A DNA stretch of 64,000 nucleotides from a virus (IMGVR_UViG_3300020049_008087:21183-85182), one strand, 5' to 3'. Shown: positions 35,932 through 45,603, numbered from the stretch's first letter. Made by a program: numbers and translations. Notes: a model not told the origin generated them from the sequence alone.

Positions 35932-36456
35932 TTATCTTTCATAGCTTGCTGAGTTACCAGCATGTTCAAATACTTCCACTGACCGTAGCTTGACTCCAGA
36001 ACCAACTGGGTAACGTGCTTCAAACACACGACCATCTGGATGAGTCCAACCACGAGATTGTTGGTATGCAGTTAAGATTTCGCTCATTGTACGATATGCT
36101 AATTCAGCAAACATCTCACAGCCAACAGCTTCAACTAAACGTAAATCTAATACGCCGCCTTCTGCTTGTTTACCCAACTTGGCCAGTTCTTTAAACTTTG
36201 GCAAGTGAGGATCGTCCAGTGCAATAACTGTGGTATGATCAAACTGCCATTCACTCCACTCTTTAAACGCCTTGAGGCCACCAAAGTCCATGACCCAATT
36301 GCGATCATCTAAGGTTTCGCTTTCAAATACAAGTTTGATACCAATTGAGTATCCATGCAGCAGTGAACAGTGGCTGTGTGAGCTACGCCATTGTCTAAAG
36401 CAGCATGATAAGCCGCGGTCGTTACCGTATGTTTTTGTTGATAGATATGTTGCCAT
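35932..36456 (-). CDS. queD: 6-carboxytetrahydropterin synthase (QueD/PTPS family)
   Basis: SHCSLLHGYS, WVMDFGGLK, FDHT, GCEMFAE, SVEVFEH.GNSA. Confidence 0.9.
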   Translation of the reverse strand: MATYLSTKTYGNDRGLSCCFRQWRSSHSHCSLLHGYSIGIKLVFESETLDDRNWVMDFGGLKAFKEWSEWQFDHTTVIALDDPHLPKFKELAKLGKQAEGGVLDLRLVEAVGCEMFAELAYRTMSEILTAYQQSRGWTHPDGRVFEARYPVGSGVKLRSVEVFEHAGNSASYER

Positions 36457-36465
36457 TTTATTGCT

Positions 36466-36504
36466 CCTATGTGTAATTATAACATAGGCTGTAGAATTTG
36501 TAAA
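36466..36504 (-). promoter_or_regulatory. Sigma70 promoter with an RBS-occluding hairpin upstream of queD
   Basis: TTTACA-17-TATAAT; CCTATGT...ACATAGG stem spans the -10 box and overlaps the AGGAG RBS. Confidence 0.55.
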
Positions 36505-36536
36505 GCGGGATAAAGCCCAGAAAGGCCGCTGTGTTG

Positions 36537-37010
36537 CTATTTGTTTAATGTACTGGTAATGTGTGCTTCTGCCACACGCTTGCGCAGGCTGCTGCTACTG
36601 AAACTGTGGTCACGCCCATTATAGATAATTTCAATGTTGCGTTTATTGCAAATATCCTTGCCAGTGAAGTCCTGATTTTTATACTCTACACCCAAAATCC
36701 TAACGTCAACTGGCAATATCAACAGTAGGTCTTCCACATCCTTTTCAGTTTGGTAGACCACAATCTCATCTACAAAACGGGTAGCACTCAATTGTATTTG
36801 TCGTTCAACTATACTTTGGATTGGTTTGTTTTTGGTATCTGGTCTATCTATGGTGGCATCGGTTTGCAATGCTGCAATTAGATAATCACAGTGATTCTTG
36901 GCTTCACTCAACATGGCGATATGTCCTGCATGTAAGATATCAAATTGACTAAACACGATACCAATACGTTTACCCTCTTGCTTGAGTTCTTTTATCTTGT
37001 TGAATATCAT
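36537..37010 (-). CDS. Cytidylyltransferase-like nucleotidyltransferase (TagD/RfaE family)
   Basis: FDILHAGH (HxGH), KPIQ..ER, VDEIV, LGVEY, SSSSLR. Confidence 0.88.
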   Translation of the reverse strand: MIFNKIKELKQEGKRIGIVFSQFDILHAGHIAMLSEAKNHCDYLIAALQTDATIDRPDTKNKPIQSIVERQIQLSATRFVDEIVVYQTEKDVEDLLLILPVDVRILGVEYKNQDFTGKDICNKRNIEIIYNGRDHSFSSSSLRKRVAEAHITSTLNK

Positions 37011-37192
37011 ACCATTTCCTCTACCACGCCGAAAATCTCTGCGGCGATAAGAAACACACCAGCAAGTATAATGCTCTGTGGCCAAACAAGAGCGATGCCA
37101 GCCGCAATTCTAATAGCACTCTTGATAAGACTCACATAAAAGTGTCCCCGGCTGGTATCTTTGGGTTGTATCTCTATCGTGTCATTCATCAT
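37007..37192 (-). CDS. Small membrane protein
   Basis: Two hydrophobic helices. Confidence 0.65.
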   Translation of the reverse strand: MMNDTIEIQPKDTSRGHFYVSLIKSAIRIAAGIALVWPQSIILAGVFLIAAEIFGVVEEMV

Positions 37193-37331
37193 TTTTCTTA
37201 CCTCGTGGGCAATCGCACGGCTGTCTGCCCTGCATGCAAGTACCAGTGCAACCTGGAGTGCTATTCATATATAGCAGCGCCGTATTGATCACCAGGCCAA
37301 CTGCAATTACACACATGATTACTATTAGCAT
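37182..37331 (-). CDS. 49-aa TM-anchored Cys-rich peptide (GCTGTCMQGRQPCDC)
   Basis: Manual translation; GAGG RBS at the folE end. Confidence 0.55.
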   Translation of the reverse strand: MLIVIMCVIAVGLVINTALLYMNSTPGCTGTCMQGRQPCDCPRGKKNDE

Positions 37332-38008
37332 TTTGTATTGCCTCTGGCAATCTGATAGAACTCTGCTCTGACTGCAGGATCAGATTTAAATCCACCACCC
37401 AATCGGCTGGTTACAGTAGAACTGCCAGTATCTTCTACACCACGTGATTTAACGCAATAGTGCTGTGCCTCAATCATGACCGCTACATCATCTGTTTCCA
37501 AGATGAAACACAGTGCATGAAATACTTGCTCAGTTAACCGTTCTTGAATCTGTGGACGCTTTGAGAAATACTCTACAATACGATTGATCTTGCTGAGTCC
37601 CAGTACCTTTTGTTTGGGTACATAGGCCACAGTGGCCAAGCCATCGATGATAACAAAGTGATGCTCACAATTGCTTTGTACGTTGACATTGCGTTCAACT
37701 ACCATTTCATTGTAGTGCATTTTGTTATCTACTGCAGTGCATTTGGGGAATGCTTCATAATCAAGACCCCAAAAAATTTCATTGCAATACATTTTAGCAA
37801 CACGCTTTGGTGTATCCATAAGACTATCATCACTTAGGTCTAACCCTAATGTTTCCATAATACCTTTGAAGTGCTTTTCAATGATATCAATCTTTTCTTT
37901 ACGGTCAATAATACTAGAAATAGTTGGAGTTTCAACTCCCATTTTAACTAGATATTCGTGAACCGCTTGACCCAATACAGGATCTGTTTTTGTTTTATTG
38001 TATGACAT
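37325..38008 (-). CDS. folE: GTP cyclohydrolase I
   Basis: DTPKRVAKMY, SNCEHHF, GLSKINRIVEYFSKRPQIQERLT, AQHYCVKSRGV. Confidence 0.97.
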   Translation of the reverse strand: MSYNKTKTDPVLGQAVHEYLVKMGVETPTISSIIDRKEKIDIIEKHFKGIMETLGLDLSDDSLMDTPKRVAKMYCNEIFWGLDYEAFPKCTAVDNKMHYNEMVVERNVNVQSNCEHHFVIIDGLATVAYVPKQKVLGLSKINRIVEYFSKRPQIQERLTEQVFHALCFILETDDVAVMIEAQHYCVKSRGVEDTGSSTVTSRLGGGFKSDPAVRAEFYQIARGNTKC

Positions 38009-38116
38009 ATGAACCTTCCTTTGTGATGGTTTGTTTTTGATTTGTGTAACCGTTGTGTTACATCTTTATTTAGCATTTGCGGCAGAAGTTGTTTTAAAAC
38101 TTCTGCCTGGTTCATA

Positions 38117-38320
38117 TTAGTTACTGAAGTATTTGTTTAGTGCTTCCAGCTTGTCCATATACTCTGCAATGTAAGCTATCTCTTTTTCAATAGCATCCAT
38201 GATATCACTGTGTTCGTGAATTGCAGTGGGGTTACTTAACATTACCTCTACGTTAATACGATGTTTATCTACATGCGCCTGGTAGTGGGCGCGGCTTGCG
38301 TCAATCAGTTGTGTTCTCAT
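38117..38320 (-). CDS. Conserved phage hypothetical protein (helical)
   Basis: NVEV.L.NP..I.EH.DI..AIE.E motif; GAGGA RBS. Confidence 0.7.
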   Translation of the reverse strand: MRTQLIDASRAHYQAHVDKHRINVEVMLSNPTAIHEHSDIMDAIEKEIAYIAEYMDKLEALNKYFSN

Positions 38321-38343
38321 AGTTTCCTCTAAGTTAGTTATTC

Positions 38344-38553
38344 TCAGGAAGGACGACGATCATCAGCCCAGCAGTTTTTGGGATACTTGCCCGACTTGAG
38401 TTTGTCGTACTGACGATATGCAAACTGTCGCATATCATACAAATGTGCCTCATCAAATTTATACCCATAGTCCACACAGAACTCCAAGTATTTTTCCAAG
38501 TCATCAAAAATCTGTTTGACTTTGGGATTGTGTTTGATAATAACTTTTGCCAT
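38344..38553 (-). CDS. Conserved phage hypothetical protein (IFDDLE.Y..FC..YGY.FDE..LY)
   Basis: AAGGA RBS. Confidence 0.7.
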   Translation of the reverse strand: MAKVIIKHNPKVKQIFDDLEKYLEFCVDYGYKFDEAHLYDMRQFAYRQYDKLKSGKYPKNCWADDRRPS

Positions 38554-38562
38554 TTTGTTTCC

Positions 38563-39012
38563 TTAAATTTTTATTTGATTAATAGGTTTTAGTACATTGT
38601 AATAGATCGTGGCGCCATTCTCACCATCTTCGCTTATGGTAATCTCAACATCACGTTCTGGGTAACGACCGGCGATTTGTTCGTATAAATCGTCGGCAAT
38701 CATTTCGCAGCTCTTGAAGTTCAATTCTAACACACCTGTGTATAAACTGTCAAGCCAGCGTTTGACCTGAATAAATTCAATATCCCGATCATTATGGAAT
38801 ACCTGAATGGCCACGTTGAAATGGAACATGTGCCTATGTGGGTTAGCCAAAAAACTCACATCATATTGGTCATTGGTTTTTAGATTGGGATCAGTTGCTG
38901 CCGCAGGATAACAATGGATACCTTCACGTTGGAAGGTAACAAAGATCATGCGTCTGGCATCTTGCCTGATTCTATTTCTGGTTTCTTGTAGTGCGTGTTG
39001 CCTTTGGTCCAC
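38563..39012 (-). CDS. dpdL: QueD-like T-fold protein, putative 7-carboxy-7-deazaguanine decarboxylase
   Basis: FLANPHRHMF (LxxxHRHxF) replaces the QueD CxxxHGH motif; DRDIEF, SCEMIA; lies in the deazaguanine cluster; signature recalled from the literature. Confidence 0.7.
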   Translation of the reverse strand: MDQRQHALQETRNRIRQDARRMIFVTFQREGIHCYPAAATDPNLKTNDQYDVSFLANPHRHMFHFNVAIQVFHNDRDIEFIQVKRWLDSLYTGVLELNFKSCEMIADDLYEQIAGRYPERDVEITISEDGENGATIYYNVLKPINQIKI

Positions 39013-39013
39013 G

Positions 39014-39220
39014 TTATTCTCCGAGGTCAACGGTATCATGATCATGATCCCATTGTAGTTTGGTTAAACGATTAATCTCGTCCTTGAGAGCCAATCTTTG
39101 CTTTTTCAGTGATGCAGTATTTTCCACAGCAGTGTGTGGATGGTTGCGTTCAATGTCATCAATTTGTTTGTTTAGTACTTTGTGCATTTCTTCTAGGTGT
39201 TTAATCTTGGTTTTATACAT
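39014..39220 (-). CDS. DUF465-like small coiled-coil protein
   Basis: H..L.KQI......LKKQRLALKDEI. Confidence 0.6.
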   Translation of the reverse strand: MYKTKIKHLEEMHKVLNKQIDDIERNHPHTAVENTASLKKQRLALKDEINRLTKLQWDHDHDTVDLGE

Positions 39221-40846
39221 TTAGTCCTCCAAATTACGTTGCATAAGTTCAGTTTCGTCATTCGCCCATGTTTCATCTATTCCCATTGAGGGAATATCCA
39301 GTACAGCATTTACCTTTACTACCCCTTCACGGAACAATTTGTTATATTGTGTCAATGAATTTGTTGCCTTCTTGCCGCTAAATCCCTGACTGCCACTTTT
39401 GAATTGAACCCAGAACCAATTGTATTCTTCAATCTTGGCAAGACTGGCTGCTCTGTCTTTGAGACTGAAGATTTCTTCAGCCACCTCACTAAACCTGACT
39501 CTGCTGAATTTCTCATGCATTAGCATACCAGGAGTTACTCCTGCATCGTATTGTCTGTTGGCCTCTTGCACTGCCACCAAGTGTTGATGCACATTGTGTC
39601 CTTGTAGCAGTGTGTAACTGAGTGTATCCCAACTGGTCTTAGTTTCTTTACCATGATTGCCCAAGAATCCTTGCCCACGATAACACATGTCCTTAAGCAA
39701 CAGTTTATCAGTTACTGGACTATCTGTGAAGTCTGTATGGATACCGTCAGCCAATACCGCATCTCTGAATTTACGTGTATCAGTAGAGTAGGATTTTTTC
39801 TCAGCAGTTTTCTCCATGGTATAAGTCCACTTCTTACCATGTTCAATGTAAGTGTTGTTATACGCCAGTCCTTTGGCAGCAGCAAAGAATGGGCTTGCAC
39901 AGTCAAAGCTAATGGTAAGCTGTGGATTATGATGCTTGCGAATTGCTCGTTGTACATCACTGAACAACAATGCCCATTCTAATATACTGGTTCCCAAACA
40001 GTGAATCCAATCATGCACGCCTTCTTTTAGTAGGCCATCGTGTATGATATTGACCACACGCTTGAGAAAGAGGCTGACATCAACTTTAGTTTGACCTCCC
40101 ATTGCCCAACCGTTGAAATGATTATCGGGATATTTTACAGGATCACAATAGTCTTTCATCTCAGCATACCAATCATCGCTCTGTTGATGATTACGACCTT
40201 GTAGCACGTTTAAGAATTTACATTTACCACTACGATTCTCAATAAAATATTTGTTATTGATATGTGTAGCTTTAACTGCATCTTCAATCGTTTTGATACC
40301 ATGCAGCGAAACACCTGAACCGGGTATAATTACACCCTTGGCATCTTTCTTCAGAGTTTTGGGATCTTGTAAGTGATGGGTAATAAGTGACTGCGATGGA
40401 ATATCAAGTACCATACCATAGTCCATATAAGTATCCATCCAAGCCAATACTTGTTTACGCTTTTTCATTGCACGTGGGCAATTGGGATCCTTCCAATCTG
40501 CAGGCCATTGACCTTTTAAGATTTGGAATCCACCACTGTCACCCAACATGAATGTACCCTTTTCACGTTCATGCACGATGCTTTCGCCATTGCCCTGTTT
40601 CTTGGGATCAAGTTCAGCGTGACCTGCACTGTACAGTGCCCACTTGTAGGGGAACAATGCTTGTTGACTGTTCAGGAAGTTCATTGCTTCCAAGTCAGGG
40701 ATACCCTGTGGTATTCTGGCAGCAGGAAAATAGTTTTCACCTTTTCGTTGTTTGCCCAATCCAGTGATATAGAATGTACTGAGTGCAGGCAAGAATAGTG
40801 CCCAATCGGGTTTTTGTTTACTTGTTAAATCATCTTGTTCTATCAT
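39221..40846 (-). CDS. dpdA: TGT-fold guanine transglycosylase, DpdA-like (DNA 7-deazaguanine insertion)
   Basis: LGDSGGFQ, VLDIP, VLQG, GWAMGG, IHCLG, SFDCASP; clustered with folE, queD and queE. Confidence 0.8.
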   Translation of the reverse strand: MIEQDDLTSKQKPDWALFLPALSTFYITGLGKQRKGENYFPAARIPQGIPDLEAMNFLNSQQALFPYKWALYSAGHAELDPKKQGNGESIVHEREKGTFMLGDSGGFQILKGQWPADWKDPNCPRAMKKRKQVLAWMDTYMDYGMVLDIPSQSLITHHLQDPKTLKKDAKGVIIPGSGVSLHGIKTIEDAVKATHINNKYFIENRSGKCKFLNVLQGRNHQQSDDWYAEMKDYCDPVKYPDNHFNGWAMGGQTKVDVSLFLKRVVNIIHDGLLKEGVHDWIHCLGTSILEWALLFSDVQRAIRKHHNPQLTISFDCASPFFAAAKGLAYNNTYIEHGKKWTYTMEKTAEKKSYSTDTRKFRDAVLADGIHTDFTDSPVTDKLLLKDMCYRGQGFLGNHGKETKTSWDTLSYTLLQGHNVHQHLVAVQEANRQYDAGVTPGMLMHEKFSRVRFSEVAEEIFSLKDRAASLAKIEEYNWFWVQFKSGSQGFSGKKATNSLTQYNKLFREGVVKVNAVLDIPSMGIDETWANDETELMQRNLED

Positions 40847-41181
40847 GTAGTCTCTTGTTTTACCAATGCCATAATAATATCCAATTGCTCCTTAGCATCC
40901 TTGACTGCAGGATACTGCTCTGCGAGTGCAAGAATACGTTTTTCTTCTTCCATCTTTCTAGCAGCCCATTGCATGATATCACTACCATGCAATGACATTT
41001 CCAGCGTGACATAATTGTTAGTAAAGGGCATCCAATTGCCACCATCAAATACATCAAGACTTTGATTGGTAGCATTAAATCTCACCATGCCAGCACCGCT
41101 ACCATTGTTGCCTATGTAGGGTGCGCTGGTACCTCCTGTCACTGCTAGATATGGGCTGCTACAATTGATGTTTTTGATCAT
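40843..41181 (-). CDS. Conserved phage hypothetical protein
   Basis: G.VRFN...Q.L.VFDG.NW; coiled C-terminus. Confidence 0.65.
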   Translation of the reverse strand: MIKNINCSSPYLAVTGGTSAPYIGNNGSGAGMVRFNATNQSLDVFDGGNWMPFTNNYVTLEMSLHGSDIMQWAARKMEEEKRILALAEQYPAVKDAKEQLDIIMALVKQETT

Positions 41182-41909
41182 TTTGATTGAGCAGGAATCA
41201 AGTAACGATACACTGCCAAACCACTGTCAACTGTAATCTCAGCTACACCTTGATCACTGATCTTCATGGTCTTGTCACCACTCAGACTCAAGATGTTGAT
41301 AACTTGTGCAACTGGCCACTGCCATGCTCTGGTCATGCTGCCACCAACTCCAGCGTGAAACACAAAATTACCACTGTGTGTTGCTGGGTCACCAAAGTAG
41401 ACCTTTAAGTCATTGTTTTCAATTTTAGTAGTAAACTGTGGTTCTTCACTGTTGGCCTGTGCCTGCTTTTTCAAACGCAAGATACTGGCTACACTGGGAT
41501 TGAACTCACAATGCCACACTGCTCCTTTGAAGGTGACATCCTTAATTTTACCACTGACAACCATTTCACTCATCAAGCGATAGTCATTGACAAAATCGCC
41601 CGTGCTTGTTTCAAAGTGAATTGACTCAGGAACTAGTCCAGCACCCTTGTCAGCACGTTTAACCGTGATAAGGGAAGTTTCATCGTAGTCATCAAAACTA
41701 AGAATAGTTTTAAGTTTGCCCAAGTTAGGCATACCAAACACGCCAATGAAATCTGCAATAGGACTGTTGAATTGTCCTTCAATTACTACAGTGTTGCCTT
41801 CAGTGACTGCATTGATCTTGGATTCAACATCAGTGCCAGTAATCTTGATCACATCCATGTTACCAACAGTAACTGTATGCTCAATCAAATCTAATAAATA
41901 ATCTTTCAA
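41178..41909 (-). CDS. DNA polymerase sliding clamp (gp45/PCNA-like)
   Basis: About 240 aa with a two-domain clamp pattern; directly downstream of PolB; TTG start with AAGGAG. Confidence 0.65.
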   Translation of the reverse strand: MKDYLLDLIEHTVTVGNMDVIKITGTDVESKINAVTEGNTVVIEGQFNSPIADFIGVFGMPNLGKLKTILSFDDYDETSLITVKRADKGAGLVPESIHFETSTGDFVNDYRLMSEMVVSGKIKDVTFKGAVWHCEFNPSVASILRLKKQAQANSEEPQFTTKIENNDLKVYFGDPATHSGNFVFHAGVGGSMTRAWQWPVAQVINILSLSGDKTMKISDQGVAEITVDSGLAVYRYLIPAQSK

Positions 41910-41988
41910 AATATTCTCCTTGTGTTAATATATTTAGGTAAGTGTTACACGTATTATAATGGATTTTTTTGCGGAATGCAATAGCAAT

Positions 41989-44697
41989 TTAACCAAATGT
42001 AAACAATGAATCAAATGTTGAATTCACATCAGTGCTATCACGCAAGTCCCAATTTAATACTCCCAGTAGATTGTCTATCTTTTCATCTACCAATGTTTTT
42101 TCCATCTCATTATCATCAAACGGTAACTCACAAAACCACTTGGGTAATCTGAGTTCGTCTGTTGGGTAAGCTACGCTGGTAAAGCCCAAGGGATTGGGTT
42201 TCAATTTGCATACGATAATTTTCATACCATCTACGATTGTTTGGCTATAGTTATCACCATTTATCCTACGCAAGTAATTCCAATTCAATGCTGCACGAAC
42301 GTGTCCAGGCATATTGGCTCTGCCAGTTTTACTGGACTGCTCTTTCTCATTGTACATGGTCAACTTGTTTACTGACTTGGGACTACCCTTGGTCCAACTT
42401 GATTGCTTGCCCAAGATGATCTTGAAGTCCTTGATCAGAGCAATTACAGTTTCACGATCTCCGCCACCCAATACACATTCCAATACACTCATCAGAAACT
42501 CTTGTACATATTTGGGTGTGTCAGCACGTTTTAAATCCAAACCCATGGCTTTAATTTCACCCATCTTGCCATTGACATCTTTACGCTTGCCCTCTTTGTC
42601 ATAGATATTGACTGCATAGCGCTTTTTGGTAATGAATATGCTGCGGTCAGCAACCAATTCTCTACCTGCACGAATGATGGATCCCTTGTTTCTGGGACAA
42701 TGAAATGCTCGTTCCATAAAGCCAGGAAAGCTTTCATTGATTTGGTCAGCTATGCCATCATACAGTTGCACTGCAATATCTTTGTTCCAGTCCATGACAC
42801 CAGCGGCAATTTCATCCTTTAGTGTGGGATAGGCGCTGAAGTATGCACTGTCAGTGTCTCCATATACAATAGAACTGCCCTCATGATTGTATACACCCTC
42901 TATACATTCATTGATACAGCCCATCATGTGCTTGACAATTTGTCTGCCACTGAGAGTTACACTCTGACCAATACGTTTGTCATAGAATCGGCAATGTTCA
43001 TTCAACAGTGCGCCATATGCACTGTTAAGCAGAATCTTACGAACCAGCTGACGTTTATCCCAGTACTCTTTGTCCTCGTCAGTGGTTGATTCTTTTAGTT
43101 TCTTCTGCATTACTTTTCGGTCACTGTACCATCTGCTCAACAGGCCTGGGATCACTCCCTCTTGCTCGTTGGTAAAGATAGTGCCATTGGCACTGAGCAT
43201 ATAGGGCTTGTGACTGTCAAATATCATCTTCCAAGCTTCGGCAGCACTCATTTCTACTTCTCTACCATCTTCGTAGTCAACAGTTACCATGGTACCACGT
43301 TCTTGGTTCATGATGGCAGTGTATTCCAGACTGCCAAACAAACCTTCCCACAACACGCTGCCAGTGACACCATCATCACCCTCTTTGTGTCTTTTCTTCT
43401 CACTGGCCAATCGCATGCTCTTGTCATGCATGTACTGATTGGTTATTGTTTGTCTAACTTGCCCAACGATAGTCTCCGGTGCCATGTTAAGAGCGCGGAT
43501 TGCTGAGGGGTAAAGTGAATTAATGTCAACTGCCGCGACATACTCGTGCATGCCCCTTTTGGGAGTAGCAACATAGGCACCTGCTGCCTGTTGTTCTTCA
43601 TGGTTATCCTTTCGTTTTTTATCGGGTACAACCAAACCACGTTCATGTGACTCGTTGTAAATAGCTTGTTCAATCATGGCAACTGAACCCATGACAGTGG
43701 GAATCAGTACTGTATTTTCATGCGCCAGCGCATTGGCCAGTTCCAAGAATTTCAGTTTGTTGTGAATCTTAAACACCAGCATAGTATCTTGTCGGTTGTA
43801 CTCAATGAACTTTTTAAAGTCCTTGTTGTACAATTGATCCAGTGTACCTTCATACTGTGTTTTGTTCTCCCCAACTTCCATCTCACCAATTGCATCAAGC
43901 TTATAACTGTGTCTGGATTCATAGTTATATTTTTTGTACAGTTGCAAGTAATCCATATGAATGCGACCCACAAGATCATAGGTTTGTTCTTCCTTACCAA
44001 ACCTTTCATACGTTCTGGGCTTTGGGAGTTGGCCCAGCAGGCAAAACTTGCGTGTGTCATTTTTACTCATTACTCGGGTAACACGATTTACCATATAGGG
44101 TATGTCATAGCCCTCTGAGTTCCAACCAGTGAGCACATCTGCATCTTCAATCAATTGAAAGAATGTTTCAAACATATCTGTTTCGTTGGTGAATAGCAGT
44201 GTGTTATCAAACTCAGCAACTGTCTCGGCTGCTGTGTCGGCACTCATGTGTTTGGGTGCAATCACCAGTGTGATCAATTGATCCATCCAATCCAAGTATA
44301 CTGAAATTGCAGTAACAGGATTAAATGGATCACTGGTTGGACTGAATCCTTTTACTGGATCAAAGTCAACTTCAATGTCAAAGAAACATGTGTGAAGTTT
44401 AGGAGGTTCTACTTTTAAGTAGTGGTCGCTTAGGCAGCGAAACACCACGTTGATGTCACTCTCAAACAATTTCTTGCCGGAATGAATTCTTCGTTCTTTT
44501 TCAAACTCACTACGCTTGCGTGTACTGAATCTGCTTACACTATCTCCATAGAGACTGCGGTACTTGCCCTTGCGATCCTCAAAATACAGCACATAGTTGG
44601 CTGGATATTCTTTGAACTCACGATTTCCCTGAGGACTGCGTTCTACAACAACGATGTTGTCCTCGTCGCGGTTGTGTATCGCATCTACATAACTCAT
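41989..44697 (-). CDS. polB: Family B DNA polymerase (T4 gp43-like)
   Basis: Exo DIE / GWNS..YD / YN.QD; Pol DINSLYPS, KILLNSAYG, YGDTDS; uninterrupted. Confidence 0.97.
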   Translation of the reverse strand: MSYVDAIHNRDEDNIVVVERSPQGNREFKEYPANYVLYFEDRKGKYRSLYGDSVSRFSTRKRSEFEKERRIHSGKKLFESDINVVFRCLSDHYLKVEPPKLHTCFFDIEVDFDPVKGFSPTSDPFNPVTAISVYLDWMDQLITLVIAPKHMSADTAAETVAEFDNTLLFTNETDMFETFFQLIEDADVLTGWNSEGYDIPYMVNRVTRVMSKNDTRKFCLLGQLPKPRTYERFGKEEQTYDLVGRIHMDYLQLYKKYNYESRHSYKLDAIGEMEVGENKTQYEGTLDQLYNKDFKKFIEYNRQDTMLVFKIHNKLKFLELANALAHENTVLIPTVMGSVAMIEQAIYNESHERGLVVPDKKRKDNHEEQQAAGAYVATPKRGMHEYVAAVDINSLYPSAIRALNMAPETIVGQVRQTITNQYMHDKSMRLASEKKRHKEGDDGVTGSVLWEGLFGSLEYTAIMNQERGTMVTVDYEDGREVEMSAAEAWKMIFDSHKPYMLSANGTIFTNEQEGVIPGLLSRWYSDRKVMQKKLKESTTDEDKEYWDKRQLVRKILLNSAYGALLNEHCRFYDKRIGQSVTLSGRQIVKHMMGCINECIEGVYNHEGSSIVYGDTDSAYFSAYPTLKDEIAAGVMDWNKDIAVQLYDGIADQINESFPGFMERAFHCPRNKGSIIRAGRELVADRSIFITKKRYAVNIYDKEGKRKDVNGKMGEIKAMGLDLKRADTPKYVQEFLMSVLECVLGGGDRETVIALIKDFKIILGKQSSWTKGSPKSVNKLTMYNEKEQSSKTGRANMPGHVRAALNWNYLRRINGDNYSQTIVDGMKIIVCKLKPNPLGFTSVAYPTDELRLPKWFCELPFDDNEMEKTLVDEKIDNLLGVLNWDLRDSTDVNSTFDSLFTFG

Positions 44698-44960
44698 TAA
44701 AGAGTTTTTCCCACAGTAATCAGGATGTTTTCCAACAACTCTTGCTCTTGTTGTGTTTTACCCAGTTCCATCTTATGGGCAACTCTGATGGCTTTTTTGA
44801 GTACGCTGGGTTTGAGTTCCATTTCTTCGGCCACTGCTTTGATGGTGTCGCTTAGGCCACCATTGAGAGTTTCAACCTCCATCATGATCTGCATACCCTC
44901 ATTGATCAATTGGGTTAATTTGAGCTTTTGATCGCTTGTGAACATTCTAGAATCTTCCAT
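44697..44960 (-). CDS. GapR/DUF2312/T4 DsbA-like dsDNA-binding protein
   Basis: DTIKAVAEE.ELKPSVLKKAIR helical pattern; AAGGA RBS before MEDS. Confidence 0.6.
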   Translation of the reverse strand: MEDSRMFTSDQKLKLTQLINEGMQIMMEVETLNGGLSDTIKAVAEEMELKPSVLKKAIRVAHKMELGKTQQEQELLENILITVGKTL

Positions 44961-44997
44961 ACTATTTCCTTTGTAAAATATCATTATACACTAAAAT

Positions 44998-45603
44998 TTA
45001 CTGCTTTGCAATTGTTTGTTTGTCCAATACCATTTTTTTAATAAGTTTGGGCAAACCCGGATTGACTGCGAGTGCATGTGGCATCAGTTGGTGTCTGATA
45101 TAATTTCGCATGTACTTGGTGTCAGTGTTGCTGGTATCTTCCATCCAAACCAAATCATGGCGCTGGCACCAATCAATAAATTGGCTTTTTGGAGTAGAGA
45201 GAAATGGACGCAGTACATTGTTTCGTACACTGGGGATAACTTTGGCAGTTCCGTGCAGTGCAGAAAAAATATAAGTTTCAATGCAGTCATCCAGGTTGTG
45301 CCCGGTGACTACAGTTTGGAACTGGTCTAAGAATCGATAACGCATGTTGCGCCAATGCTCCTCGCTGCTGACTTTGCCGGGTTTTTCTTCGTTGTTATAT
45401 CCAACAGTCAGGGGCAAGTTTCTATCTTCACACCATTGTTTTACAAATGAGTGTGCCCGTTCACTGTTCTGGGTTCCGTGATGAAAGAAGGCACAAGTGA
45501 CCTCGTGCTTTCGGCTCAAGAAATCAGTGATTGCTACGCTGTCCACACCACCGCTTAGAGCAACAGTGAGTGTTTTGGGTAACGGGTATAATAGTTTAAG
45601 CAT
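44998..45603 (-). CDS. tilS: tRNA(Ile)-lysidine synthase, catalytic PP-loop domain only
   Basis: VALSGGVDS, R..RY.F, TGHNLDD..ET, LRPFL, D.SN....Y.RN.IR. Confidence 0.88.
   Translation of the reverse strand: MLKLLYPLPKTLTVALSGGVDSVAITDFLSRKHEVTCAFFHHGTQNSERAHSFVKQWCEDRNLPLTVGYNNEEKPGKVSSEEHWRNMRYRFLDQFQTVVTGHNLDDCIETYIFSALHGTAKVIPSVRNNVLRPFLSTPKSQFIDWCQRHDLVWMEDTSNTDTKYMRNYIRHQLMPHALAVNPGLPKLIKKMVLDKQTIAKQ

Noticed and set aside
38030-38107. Hairpins and A-rich tail upstream of folE as a riboswitch
   Set aside because: No conserved aptamer nucleotides recognised. A terminator-like stem (38081-38107) plus a TAAATA promoter explains the region adequately.
32160-40846. Concluding that the phage lacks queC/queF
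   Set aside because: Only part of the genome is visible, so absence from the window is not absence from the genome.
41989-44697. Intein or intron in the DNA polymerase
   Set aside because: Length and motif spacing are normal for gp43-like PolB.
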